From the NCBI RefSeq assembly GCF_006345805.1, contig NC_043000.1, positions 3,658,001-3,722,000 of the forward strand: a stretch of DNA of 64,000 nt. The letters run 5' to 3'. The notes below the pieces were generated by a model. That model saw only the letters and a list, made by a program, of their open reading frames with translations, made no database searches and had not been told where the DNA came from. This document shows positions 27,142 to 39,261 of this stretch, piece by piece. The position numbers were made by a program, and so were the translations under genes. The first letter of the stretch is position 1; each line of letters begins with the position of its first letter. The DNA comes from Octopus sinensis. Its lineage: Eukaryota.

Positions 27142-27618
27142 ATCATCATCATCATCATCATCATTTAGCGTCCGCTTTCCATGCTAGCATGGGTTGGACG
27201 GGTCAACTGGGGTCTGTGAAGCTGGAAGGCTTCGTCAGGCCCAGTCAGATCTGGCAGTGTTTCTACGGCTGGATGCCCTTCCTAACGCCAACCACTCCGC
27301 GAGTGTACTGGGTGTTTTTTACATGCCACCTGCACAGGTGCCAGACAGAGCCGGCAAATGGCCATGAACGGATGGTGCTTTTACGTGTCACCGGCACGGG
27401 GCCAGGCGATGCTGGCAACGGACACGAACGGATGGTGCTTTTACGTGCCACCGACACAGGGCCAGACAGAGCTGGCAAACGGCCACAAACGGACGGTGCT
27501 TTTACGTGTCACCGGCACGGGGGCCAGCTGAGGCTGGCAATGGACACGAACGGATGGTGCTTTTACGTGCCACAGACAGAGCTGGCAAACGGCCATGAAC
27601 GGACAGTGCTTTTATGTG
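27142..27618 (-). mobile_element. Family C element with about five ~60-bp tandem units
   Basis: Repeated gctggcaa.cgg.ca.gaacggatggtgcttttacgtg.cacc units; (CAT)n tail. Confidence 0.88.
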
Positions 27619-27949
27619 TATATCTATACACACACACACACACTGAAACACTTGCACATTTTGGTGTATATTTAAAGATATATATATATATATATATATA
27701 TATCTTTGGCATCTGTGGTACTCTTCCCAGGTACAAAACCAAACTGTATCTCATCTAGTTTGATTCTATTTCTAAGATATATATATATATAATTAAAAAA
27801 TATAAATATAAATATAAATTAATAATTTTGAATTTAAATAATTTAAATTTTATATATTTTGTAACTTATATTAACTATTTTTATTTTTATGTTTTGGTTT
27901 ATGTTTTTCACTGTTTGATTTGCCTAATAGTGGTTTTATCATTAATTTA

Positions 27950-28000
27950 AGATATATATATATATATATACATATATACAGACATATATATATATACATA

Positions 28001-28052
<52 letters not shown>

Positions 28053-28500
28053 CAGACATATATACAGACATATATATATACATACATATATACAGACATA
28101 TATATATACATACATATATACGTACATATATATATATACATACACATATATATACACACACACACACACATATATATATATACACATATATACATACATA
28201 TATATACATATATATATATATACATACACACATATACATATATATATATACATACACACATATATATATATATATATTAATATATATACATACACACATA
28301 TATATATATATACATATACCACATATATATATATACATACATATATATATACATACACACATATATATATATACATACATATATACATACATACATACAC
28401 ACATATATATATATATACACATACATACATACATACATACATAAATATACATACACACACACACACATATATATACACACACAACACACACACACACAGA
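27950..28500. repeat. Compound (TA)n/(CATA)n/(CA)n microsatellite
   Basis: Directly visible. Confidence 0.95.
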
Positions 28501-29177
28501 CAATTGTACAAGCGTGTCAAATATGTAATTTTTTTTTCCAAAATATATCGGTTTTGAAATACACTTACAACAGTAAGATATTTCATTTATGTACAAATAA
28601 AAATACATTGTATGTATTTATGTTTTGAGTTTTATAAAGGTTATAGTCTTTTTGAATTTTTCTAAGTACCATAGTATATACTTATACACTAGTGTTGCTC
28701 ATAATATGATGCGTAACTTTAGAAGAATATTTTTGTTAACAATTTAACTTTTAGCAAGTCTTACAGTGCTTAGACAAAATGATGAAATGAATACTAATTT
28801 TCAAAAGAAAAATATTTATTACCTTGAAATAAAATAATAGAATAAAACAAATTTCTGATTTGTATAAACACTGTCATTTACTCCCTCTCCTACTCCTCTA
28901 TCCCCATGAATTTCTCTCTCTCTCTTTCTCTCTCTCTCTCTCCTCTCTCTCAGTGTATGTATGTGTCTATGAATAGTGTCCCTTTACTCATTGCTGGCAC
29001 TTCTTATGTTAACACTTTGTATCTCTCTTTTACTTTCCTTCTCTATATGAGGTAAAGTGTGTCTGGAGAAATCACCTAGGTAACCAACATTTACATCATC
29101 TATTATATATGTATATCTGTGTATAAATATCATATATATATGTATATATATATATATTATATATAATATAATGTAAT

Positions 29178-29574
29178 GGAGTGGCTGTGTGGTAAGTAGC
29201 TTGCTTATCAACCACATGGTTCCGGGTTCAGTCCCATTGCGTGGCACCTTGGGCAAGTGTCTTCTACTATAGCCTCCAGGCCGACCAAAGCCTTGTGAGT
29301 GGATTTGGTAGACAGAAACTGAAAGAAGCCCGTCGTATATATGTATATATATATGTGTATGTGTGTGTGTGCGTGTATGTTTGTGTTTGTCCCCCTGGCA
29401 TCGCTTGACAACCGATGCTGTTGTGTTTATGTCCCCGTCACTTAGCGGTTCAGCAAAAGAGACCGATAGAATGAGTACTGGGCTTACAAAGAATAAGTCC
29501 CGGGGTCGAGTTGCTCAATTAAAGGTGGTGCTCCAGCATGGCCGCAGTCAAATGACTGAAACAAGTAAAAGAGT
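29178..29574 (+). mobile_element. SINE family A
   Basis: Homologous to 22252-22661. Confidence 0.9.
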
Positions 29575-29588
29575 ATAATATAATATAA

Positions 29589-30074
29589 CTAACACTATGA
29601 CTCGGCGTTGCTGGGTCTAGTGCTAGTGCTTGTTGTTCATTGCCGGGTCACAAAAATTTCTCACTAAATCAAGAGCTAAGTTTATCACATTGCAGCCTGG
29701 GCCAGTTTTGTTGTTTATGAGCAAGTTGGAGCTTTTTATGAGAGTAATTAATATTCATTGAACTTCAGTTTTCACACCTGGAATAGCATAATCATGGAAA
29801 ATTAGCGGGACTGTGCACATGCCATTAGTCGGACAAAAAAGGAGGCAGAAGAAAGGAAAAAACTTGAATTTGGCCGTAAATTAACTTATGGGCATAAGGG
29901 GTCGGTTTATTGATCTTTTTAATGGCTCTCTGGGGTGACTGGGGAAATGAAAAGATCTTCACGACCACCCTCAGACAGTTTTGAAAGCCTATAGAAAATA
30001 CGAGCCCTTTATGTTAAAAACTGTGGATTTGTATAAAGGACACACAGACATTTTGCCGTTTATAGATATAGAGA
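29589..30074 (-). mobile_element. Non-autonomous Helitron, near complete
   Basis: 5' A|TC at 30074; 3' hairpin with the same gcgttgct loop; the terminus reads TTAG instead of CTAG. Confidence 0.7.
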
Positions 30075-30530
30075 TATAATATAATATATATTGTATATAT
30101 CGTCATCATCATCATCATCTTAATATTTATTCTTCCATGCATACATTGAAAAGTAGATGAGGGTACTTTGGTGGAGTCAGAATTTTCTAAGGTCAGATGC
30201 CCTTCCTGATGCCAGTCACCAATAATCTCCTAGACTGAAATAAATATAGGGGTTGATGCTTAAGAGTCTTTCAAAAAGGCAACCCAGCAAGGCCGTAGTT
30301 CAATAATTGAAAACAGGAAAAGAATATCTATATATCATTTAATGTACACTGTATTAAAAGAAGAGCTACTAATAGTTTCTTGCCATTGAGACATGTGGTT
30401 AGGCAGGTTTTATAATGTGCCTCTAAGCAATCTTCATTATATTTCTCTCTCAATGAATGGAGTATTGTTTCGTTGATCTTACATTAGGATGTGTGTGTGT
30501 GTGCATGCGTGTGAGTGAGTGAGTTAGTAA

Positions 30531-31214
30531 GTGAAGGCATGTAGTCTAGTGGTCAGGCTGTTGCGCTCATGATTGCTAGATCAAGGGTTCAATTCCCAGA
30601 CCAGGTGGTGTGTTGTGTTCTTGAGCAAAACACTTCATTTCAGGTTGCTCTGAAATCATTTCAACACAGGAAGTGTGACATACTTGTGCACCTGCACAGG
30701 TAAAGTTCTCTTGATGGAGAGAGAGTGAGCTAATGTACAACACATATATTTCATCACTATAAACAAATCATTAGCATAGGTCATTCGGCAAAAACTGAAC
30801 GCTAGTACATTGTCTTCAATGGGAGCCATCGAATCAAGTGAAATCATAGTAATGGCCAATGCTGGTGTCACGTAACTGGCATGTAAAAAGCAACTTTTGA
30901 GCACTGGGCCTCACGGAGGCAATGACAAATGACTGAAACCTTTGGCAATATACTGTGCTTGAGAAGACTCATCAAGCTATGTGAAAAAGTAGCTGTGGCA
31001 GATACTAGTGTTATGCAATTAGCACCCATGCTAGTGGCACATAAAAGCACCCATTACACTCTGAGTGGTTGGCATAAGTAAGGGCATCTAGCTGAAAAAA
31101 CCATGCCAGTTCAGACTGGAGTCTGGTGCAACCCCTCAGTTTTCCAGCCCTGATCAAAACATTCAACCCATGCCAGCATGGATAGTGGTCATTAAATGAT
31201 GATGATGATGATGA
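30531..31214 (+). mobile_element. Composite SINE: family B head and body joined to a family C (ATG)n tail
   Basis: tRNA-like head, gtgttcttgagcaaaacact body, then ggcacataaaagcaccc...agggcatctagc...attaaatgatgatg. Confidence 0.7.
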
Positions 31215-31526
31215 TATATTCTAATAATTATGACCTATAGTTGGAAAGAAATTATCAGCAAGTTGTGAAATTATTTCCTAACCAACATAATTTACACAGA
31301 AACTCATTTGCTAATATAATTAATACTATAATTTACTATCATAATGTATTACTTGATCTCATTATACAGGAATTAGGAGAAATGCCGTTAAAACTGTTGT
31401 AGATTATTGTCACAATAAAACCTCGGACCAAAGAGACATTTCAAATCATACTATGAACCACTTTAAAACGGCAACACTCATATGTGTGAATAAAACACAG
31501 CAGAAACAAAATCAGATATTTAAACA

Positions 31527-31557
<31 letters not shown>

Positions 31558-31578
31558 CATTTTTATCTCTCCCTCCTT

Positions 31579-31616
<38 letters not shown>

Positions 31617-32237
31617 CACAAGAAATATAGAAACTAGAAGTGTCTGTAGGGGTAATACAGCCTTTTGTATATGACCATTGAGTCAATTCAGCAAACATAA
31701 ACACAGTGTAGTTAGTGAGATTACAGATTCACAGCAGATCATCACTGCATGAAATGTTATATTCATGAAAGGTTAAACATTAATCTCAAGACTAGTAAGG
31801 TGTAAAAACACTGCAGCAACAAACATGCGAAATAAAAACTATACTATAGCTATGAACAATCCACAATTCTGAAGATGAGAAAAATTAATATAAAGAGAGA
31901 AAAAACAAGCATAAAATGCAAAGTATTTTCTTAACATTATTTTATATCTTACAAGGTTCAAAGAATGTTATGCTTCACCATGTGTCGGAAATGGTGAAGT
32001 TATGTTCATTTTTAGCTTTTGTAAGTATAATCGCTGTTATAAATTCTTGATTGTATTTCAAACATACTCAAATAGTCAGTATTGAGTTACACATCAAAGG
32101 GCATTCGTTTAAAATGTAACTAATAAGCCATAATTAACACTTCTGCCTATCATAGAGAAGGGATGAAATAAGCAACATGTATATGTGTAGTATGTATGCA
32201 TGTATATTAGTATGTATGTGCGTGTGTGTGTGTGTGT

Positions 32238-32390
32238 GAAGGTGTGTGGCTTAGTGGTTAGGGCATTCGGCTCACAATTGTAAGGTCGTGAGTTCAATTC
32301 CCGGCAACGTGTTGTGTCCTTGAGCAAGACATTTTATTTCACATTGCTCCAGTCCAGTCAGCTGGCAAAAGTGAGTTGTACTTGTATTTC
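32238..32390 (+). mobile_element. SINE family B, 5' half
   Basis: Same head and body as 5970; truncated at the microsatellite. Confidence 0.8.
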
Positions 32391-32514
32391 TCACACACAC
32401 ACACACATATATATATATATACATATATAAACATATACATATGTATACATATATATATATACATATGTATATATACATATATATACATATATATATACAT
32501 GTATATATACACAC

Positions 32515-32554
<40 letters not shown>

Positions 32555-32627
32555 CACATATATATACATATATATACATATATATATATACATTTATACA
32601 TATATATACATATATATATATATATAC

Positions 32628-32658
<31 letters not shown>

Positions 32659-32750
32659 GGCATAAATATATATATATACATATAAACACACACATACAGA
32701 CACAAACATATATATACATACATGTACATACAGAGAATAAAAGAAAGAAC
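32390..32750. repeat. (TA)n/(CATA)n microsatellite
   Basis: Directly visible. Confidence 0.95.
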
Positions 32751-33605
32751 CTGCAGAGCAAATAACTCAAATGTTTAAATAACAAGAATAGTACTTCATT
32801 CAAGAAAGAAGAATTTTAAAAAATTTTATTGCTTTTATAATAACAAATAAGCACCAAAAAATTTTAATATTTCAGAAATAAAATCAAATATTAAAAAAAA
32901 AAACTAACTTTGACCATGACTCCTGCAAAGATATTGCAAAAGCAACGAAGGAGAAATATACCATTATTGTTTATTAAAGATTAAATAATACTCTCTGTTG
33001 AGTCAAATAACCAAGAAAGTTCCAAATATTCAGTCAGATTAATGGTTCTTCTGAAATTGATTTTTTGCTTATTTATTTGTTTTATTGCAAGATGCAAATG
33101 TGGTATATGTTATGTATATTGGAAGCAGCAATTTTTACTTCAAAAAATTTAATAATCAGGCAGCAATTACCTTTTTAACTGGCTATTAATATAAACCAAT
33201 CAAATCAATGTTTTATATTATACACACATACAGACACACACATACACACATACATACACACACAGATGCACATGCACACACACATACATGCACACACACA
33301 CGCACACAGACACACACACCCTCACAACATGGTTGTTTAAAACTTCAATTTGGAGTTGAGTTGAAACTGATTTCTAAAATATTATTAACCATAAACTGGA
33401 AGTAAAAGCAATGAATTCAAGGAAGGAAGTATTATTAAAATTCTAAGATGACCTTTAGTACACATTGAGTAAATTATTTTACAAAATATCAGATCTTCTG
33501 CATCGTGTCAATTTTGTATTAAGTTATTTCATGAGAGGAAAATATCTTGTTTTATTTTAAAGAATTAACAATTTTAACCATTTTAAACCAAAAACACAAA
33601 AAGCA

Positions 33606-34016
33606 ATATAAGCGGGACCAGCCATCTGAATGTGGCTAGGGACAGGGCGGGGTGGTGGGGGTGTTACTGATGCATTTAGCCCCAGGCGACTATAGACGTC
33701 ACCAGGAGAGCCGACACCATCACGGTGTCCTTGCTAGCCTGTAAAGGGAGATCAGCCTCCCCGAAGATACAGATGCTACACACGGACCGGTTTCGAGGTA
33801 TTGCCTCTCGTCAGCGCATGGCAAACACCGTTCTTCGTTGAGGGACTTCCTCTACAGGCTAGAAATATATAGATTTTCACTGTAAACACAGTCACTGGCG
33901 TCGAAAATCTGTTCGATAACAATAATAAATCTCTAAGCGAGGTATAAACAGTAACTGCTCTGTTATATAAGCGGGACCAGCCATCTGAATGTGGCTAGGG
34001 ACAGGGCGGGGTGGTG
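33606..34016 (-). mobile_element. Hammerhead-containing 359-bp unit with 52-bp terminal direct repeat (retrozyme-like, or Penelope pseudo-LTR)
   Basis: 33606-33657 is identical to 33965-34016; CpG-rich; no ORF; contains a hammerhead motif. Confidence 0.7.
33779..33820 (-). ncRNA. Minimal type-I hammerhead ribozyme
   Basis: Minus strand: CAUGCG (stem I) CUGACGA GAGG-caaua-CCUC (stem II) GAAA CCGG UC / CGUGUG (stem I'). Full canonical core, palindromic ACCGGU helix III, predicted GUC cleavage between 33785 and 33784. Confidence 0.85.
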
Positions 34017-34084
34017 TAACACCAATAATCACAGTAACAATAAAGCCACAAATTTCAATAAATAATCAAAAAATGAAAATAAAT

Positions 34085-34580
34085 TGTCAGGTACATGGCC
34101 CCTAATTTTGGGAAGGGAACAGTCATTTATATGAGACCCTAGTTAAAAGATGAAAGGTTAGGTCAAGTTTGGTAAAATTTGAATTCAAAACATAAAGGAT
34201 GTAACTAAATACTGCCAGGAATTTTCTCCACTTTTCTGACAACTAACCACCCCTAATAGTGACAACATTAACAGTCCTTTCTGCTATAGGCACAAGGCAT
34301 GAAATTATGGGGCTAGTTTATAACATCAACCCCAGTGGTACTTATTTTAACAACACCCAAATGATGAAAGGCAAAGTCAAACTTGGTGGAATTGGAACTC
34401 AGAACATAAAGAGCCAGAAGATATGCTACTAAACATTTTGTCTGACACGGTAATGATTCCGTCAGCTCATTACTTCAATAAGAAATCATCCTCAGCAGAA
34501 TTTCAACTCAGAATGTAAAGACAGATGAGATGCTACTAAGCATTTTGTCTGGTGCACTAACAATTCTGTCAGCTCACTGT
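34085..34580 (-). mobile_element. Three decayed SINE family D fragments
   Basis: Repeated gatgaaagg..aa.tcaa..ttgg..gaatt.gaactcagaa motifs. Confidence 0.6.
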
Positions 34581-34599
34581 CTTCTTCTTCTTCTTCTGA

Positions 34600-35152
34600 A
34601 CAACAACAATAGATGCCCTGAAGCAGTACCAGACAGTGGCTCTCATGGCTTCTGATCTTCACTGATTGGAAGCGTTATCATGTACATTGTTTTGTCTTGG
34701 TATAAAAGATGGGCTACAGCAAATATTTTGCTCAATACCACAGATTTGCTTGTCAGTTGTTTGACTTTAACCAGTTGACCATGTCCCTTAGTGGCTCTGA
34801 CTACGAGCAGAAGTACTGGGGGAGCATCATAGCCATGTGTTGAAAGGAATTCTTGGAGATTTGGATAATTCACCTTTGGAAACATGGGTGGTTCATTTAA
34901 CATCCTTAAACAATCCTTATTCAGGGACCTTTTGAGCGGGATGGGCTACTCGACCAGAAGAAAATTCTAACCAGGCCCCACCTGCAAAGTCATGCACTGT
35001 TTATCTTGATATGAGATCGCCATGTCGGGCACATATGGTTGTGATGTATGTGCCTGGTGTACCCTCAACAGACGGGTAGTCATGATGGGTATACTGGGCT
35101 TCGTATATTTTACCCCAGTGTCACTTTGATGGCATGCACTGCTCTCTCACTC
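34600..35152. repeat. Unclassified interspersed-repeat-like segment
   Basis: Higher-GC, complex block bounded by (CTT)n and (AAT)n tracts; single copy in this window. Confidence 0.35.
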
Positions 35153-35400
35153 AATAATAATAATAATCCTTTCTATTATAGGCACCAGACCTGAAATTTT
35201 GAAGGAGGGTGCTAGTCAATTACATCGATCCCAGTACTCAACTGGTACTTAATTTATCAAGGTTGATAAATTAAGTAATAATAATAATAATCCTTTCTAC
35301 TATAGGCACAAGGCCTGAAATTTAAGGGAAAGGGACTAGTTGATCACATCGACACCAGTACCCTAAAGGGATGAAAAAACAAAGGTGACCGCAGTAAGAG
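35153..35400 (-). mobile_element. Two truncated SINE family D 3' ends with a fold-back junction
   Basis: Two (AAT)n-ccttt ctactataggcac ends; palindrome at 35246-35277. Confidence 0.7.
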
Positions 35401-36095
35401 TTCAAGTTAAATATAAAGAGCCCTAACTAAAATACCACAAGGAATTTTGACTAATTCACAACCTCTACTCAACCTTCCAAGGATAGTTTTTCTCTCAGTC
35501 CATTTCTCAGTGAGGTTAGCTACAAAGACTATTCTTTAAATACTCAAACATCTTAGAATTTGGTGCTTTTAAGAATTTGGAAATACTCTTTACATTTCTC
35601 AGCATTTAAGCTGTATTTACAAATCTGTCAAGTAAATTTTTATCAAGCACTAATCAAAAGCTTCTGGCATTCTTAGTTGAATCTCTTAAATATATTACTG
35701 CTATGTCTTTCGAAGTGATGACTGACTGATGCTATCGCAGAACCATTAAGTCAATAAATATTAAGAACATCTACTAGTAATGTTGCACCTCCATGTAAAA
35801 TATCTATCATTCTTATGTGATTGGGTGGCAAAAGTTCATTCAGTCAATAATATCTAAAAGCTAACAACATATATTAGACTCAAGTAATATGATTAAAATC
35901 CTGACACATATAGCTCTCCAGTTCAATAGTGATTTGATAGAAAGTAAAATATTCTACTAACAATAAAATCATTAAGCTTAATAAGAATTTTTTACAGTAT
36001 TTCTGCTTCCATCATGTTAAAAGGAAAAAAAAAATACACAAAGTTGATGGAAATAAATAATTTCAGTAGATATATTTTATTTGAACAATATATGA

Positions 36096-36690
36096 CAGGT
36101 GTGGTTATGCGGATAAGAAATTTGCTTTATAGCCACATGGTTTCAGGTTCAGTCACACTGTGTAGCACATTCAGCAAGTGCATTCTGTTAAAGGCAAGGG
36201 TCAATCAAAGCCTTATGCGTGGATTTGGTAGATGGAAGCTGAAAGTAGCCTGTCATATACATATCCTTATATGGGGAGGATGCATGTGTGTGTGTATGTG
36301 TGTCACTAGATCGACATCAGGAATTGCAGTGACAATTATATCATAACTGTAGATGACATCAGGTAGCCTAAATGGTCTCAGCACTTTAATTGGCATACAC
36401 TAGACATATACCCAAAGTCCAGATATACATACATGTGTGTGTGTGTGGTGTGTGTGTGTGTACTGTATGTGTTTGTGTCCCTTTGTCTTGAGGTCAAGTG
36501 GTAGTTGTAAACAATTTCACTTGTTATATAAACACTGCCAATTATTTCCAATAATTTGCTGACATAAAGAAATAACACAAGTGAAGCTTGGCAAGAGAAA
36601 GGGCATCCAGCGATAGAACACCTACCTCAATAAACACTGTCTGACCCATGCCAGCATGGAAAAGTGGACATTAAAATGATGATGGCGATG
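36096..36690 (+). mobile_element. Old composite SINE: family A head with a family C-type tail
   Basis: Decayed A head up to ..tgaaagtagcctgtc, microsatellite, then aagggcatccagc...ggacattaaaatgatgatg. Confidence 0.55.
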
Positions 36691-37031
36691 GATATGGTTA
36701 ATCTTTATGCCCATCCATAGCCAAAGAGAAGTTGAAATAACTTCAAATGCAAATAACACATATATCAAGACATGATGTACAGTCTACATAATAAGCTTGT
36801 GAATAAGATAATTACTACAGTCAATTGTCTGTTAAAAATGAGTAACCATATAATTACTATGCATTTAACAAAAAAACATAAGCTTATTAGTATTCTAGGT
36901 CTTCGGTGACTATTTCAATCATTCTTCCACACACATGTGCACGTGCACACCCACATACACAACTTTCTTTACACCTAGTACATAATCAGCTATATTAACT
37001 ATAAGAATACATACATACATTCAAATGTATA

Positions 37032-37063
<32 letters not shown>

Positions 37064-37089
37064 ACGTGCACATATACATTTGATATATA

Positions 37090-38855
37090 CAGGGTGTTAG
37101 TTAGTTAGTTAGTTAATTAATTTGGCTCAAAAGCAAATAGCAAGGCCATGTAGGGGGACATGGAGTTAAGTACAGGGTGGTGTTCATGTAAAGAGTTCAG
37201 GCCACTTGTGGTCAAGGGAGACTTTGAACCGAGCGGTCGTCGGCATCTTCACCATCTCGTCTGGCAGCTTGTTCCACAGATCCGCAACCCAGACGGAGAA
37301 AGCTCCTCTCCTTCGATTGAGATGAAATCACCGCAGGTAGAGCTTTTCGGAATGACCCCGCAGCCGACGCTCTGGAACAGGAGTGAAGAACAGCTCTTTC
37401 GAGAGGTTACACTTTCCGCTTATGATGTTGTGGGCGAGAATGAGATCACCACGGCGGCGGCGTTTTTCAAGAGAATAAAGGTCGAGCGTCCTCAGCCTTT
37501 CTTCGTAGGACAAATTTTTGAGACCATGAACCATGCGGGTAGCCAGCTTCTGGACTCTTTCGAGATGCTGTATGTCTTTGAGGAGATAAGGAGAAGAGGC
37601 TTGAATCCCGTACTCCAATATGTATAAGGTATTTGAGGACATATATTTTTTGGGGTCATTGCTGCATTTCTTGGTAACTCTGTATAATCTTTGTTTCAGA
37701 AAATATTAACGGCAGACCCTCAGCTTACACAAGAAATGAAGAGGCATGCTGTTATTGTGGTAATAGAGGCTGAGCATAGCAATTCAAAAATATCTCGATT
37801 TTTAAAAGTTGCCAGATCTTTTGTCTATAAAGTTTGTAAGGAGCTAGAGACTGAAAATAGAAACATATCACCAGTATCAAAACATAAAAAGCATTCTAAA
37901 CATCCTGAAATCATCAGAACACCTGAATTTATTCAGTATGTTCAACAGATCAATTGCAAAAGATCTCCATGTGTCAGAAGGAACAGTCAGAAATGATGTC
38001 CATGATGACATCAAATATAAGTCTTATATGACGAGGAAAGGTTAATTTGTTTGAAAAAGCAAAAGAAAATCACTACATCAGATCTAAAAGGCTCTTAAAC
38101 AAACTGAAAAATCCAGCAGAAAAGATTTGATTTGTTTTGTTTTTTTTTCAAACAAGAAAACTTCGACCAAGATCAAAAAGTTAACAGAAGAAATGACAGA
38201 TGGTTATGTGCAGACCCATCTGAAGTCCCAAGTGTTAAGCATACAAAATTTCCTGCAACTGTCTTGGTTTTAGGGGTTGTCAGCAATGAAGGACATGTGA
38301 TGCCTCCTTAATTCTTTCCACAAGGCCTTAGAGTTAACTCTGCCACATACATTGAGGTCCTGGAAATAATTGTTAAGCCCAGGATAGACAGTGTATGCAA
38401 TGGAAGGCCATATGTGTTTCAGTAAAACTCTGTACTATCACACATGGATCTAGTAAAACAGGAATGGATGGCTGAAAATTTTCATGATCACATAACCCTT
38501 AACATTTGGCCTCCTAATTCCCCAGACCTCAATCCATTGGACTATTACATATGGAGCATTGTTAAAAGAGAGGTCAATGAACATGCCCATAACACCAAAG
38601 ATTCTTTGAAAGCTGCCATAGTCAGAGTAATGTCCAAAATGAACCAGGACCACTTGATTTGAGCATGCAGATGATTTAGATCTCATACAGAAGCAGTTGT
38701 TGAGGCTGAAGGTGGCTTTATTGAATAACATTGAATAACAAGTAAGTTTATTTTTATCCTCAAAGCATTTCTTGATAAATAAAGTTATCTGTTATTACAT
38801 TATTTTATGTTTTCTTTTTAAAACATAAATCTGTCCTCAAATATCTTATGCACCC

Positions 38856-38857
<2 letters not shown>
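37090..38857 (+). mobile_element. maT/DD37D Tc1-mariner transposon, decayed; left TIR split by a CR1 insertion
   Basis: Transposase remnant about 37736-38728 with YVFQ*NS...WPPNSPDLNPLDYY (37 residues between catalytic positions). Right TIR 38831-38857; left TIR = 37090-37096 + 37623-37642. Confidence 0.85.
37097..37620 (-). mobile_element. CR1-clade LINE 3' fragment (second subfamily) with (CTAA)n tail
   Basis: LEYGIQASSPYL..LERVQKLATRMV..YEERL..RRRRGDLILAHNI; one in-frame TGA, after which the frame continues WNKLP. Confidence 0.9.
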
Positions 38858-38896
<39 letters not shown>

Positions 38897-38911
38897 GTGT
38901 GTGTGTGTGTA

Positions 38912-38958
<47 letters not shown>

Positions 38959-38959
38959 A

Positions 38960-39007
<48 letters not shown>

Positions 39008-39013
39008 TATATA
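38858..39013. repeat. (TG)n/(TA)n/(CA)n microsatellite
   Basis: Directly visible. Confidence 0.95.
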
Positions 39014-39015
39014 TA

Positions 39016-39232
39016 CGAGGGTGTGCTGAAAAGTTCCTGGCTTTGAGTATAATAAAACACAGGAGGATCAGTTAATTATGATTTTATTCAACATATTCCC
39101 CTCTCAGATTCACACATTTATTGCAGTGCTCCTTCAGTTTTTCTAAACCCTATAACAAAACCCGGAAGGTTGGGCCTCCAAACAGACCTTTCACAATACC
39201 CTTAAAGCCAGGAACTTTTCAGCACCCTCTCA
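39016..39232. mobile_element. mariner-derived MITE, 217 bp
   Basis: ~29-bp TIRs cgagggtgtgctgaaaagttcctggcttt / aaagccaggaacttttcagcaccctctca; TA on both sides. Confidence 0.85.
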
Positions 39233-39261
39233 TATATAAAGCAGGTGGTTCCATATATACA

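Noticed and set aside
27142-27618. CRISPR-like repeat array
   Set aside because: The units are degenerate tandem repeats without unique spacers, lie inside a retroposon in eukaryotic DNA, and no cas genes are present.
27871-28608. YICV/HTYI-type ORFs (also at 5.4-5.9 kb, 26.3-26.8 kb, 32.3-32.8 kb and 38.8-39.1 kb)
   Set aside because: Microsatellite artefacts.
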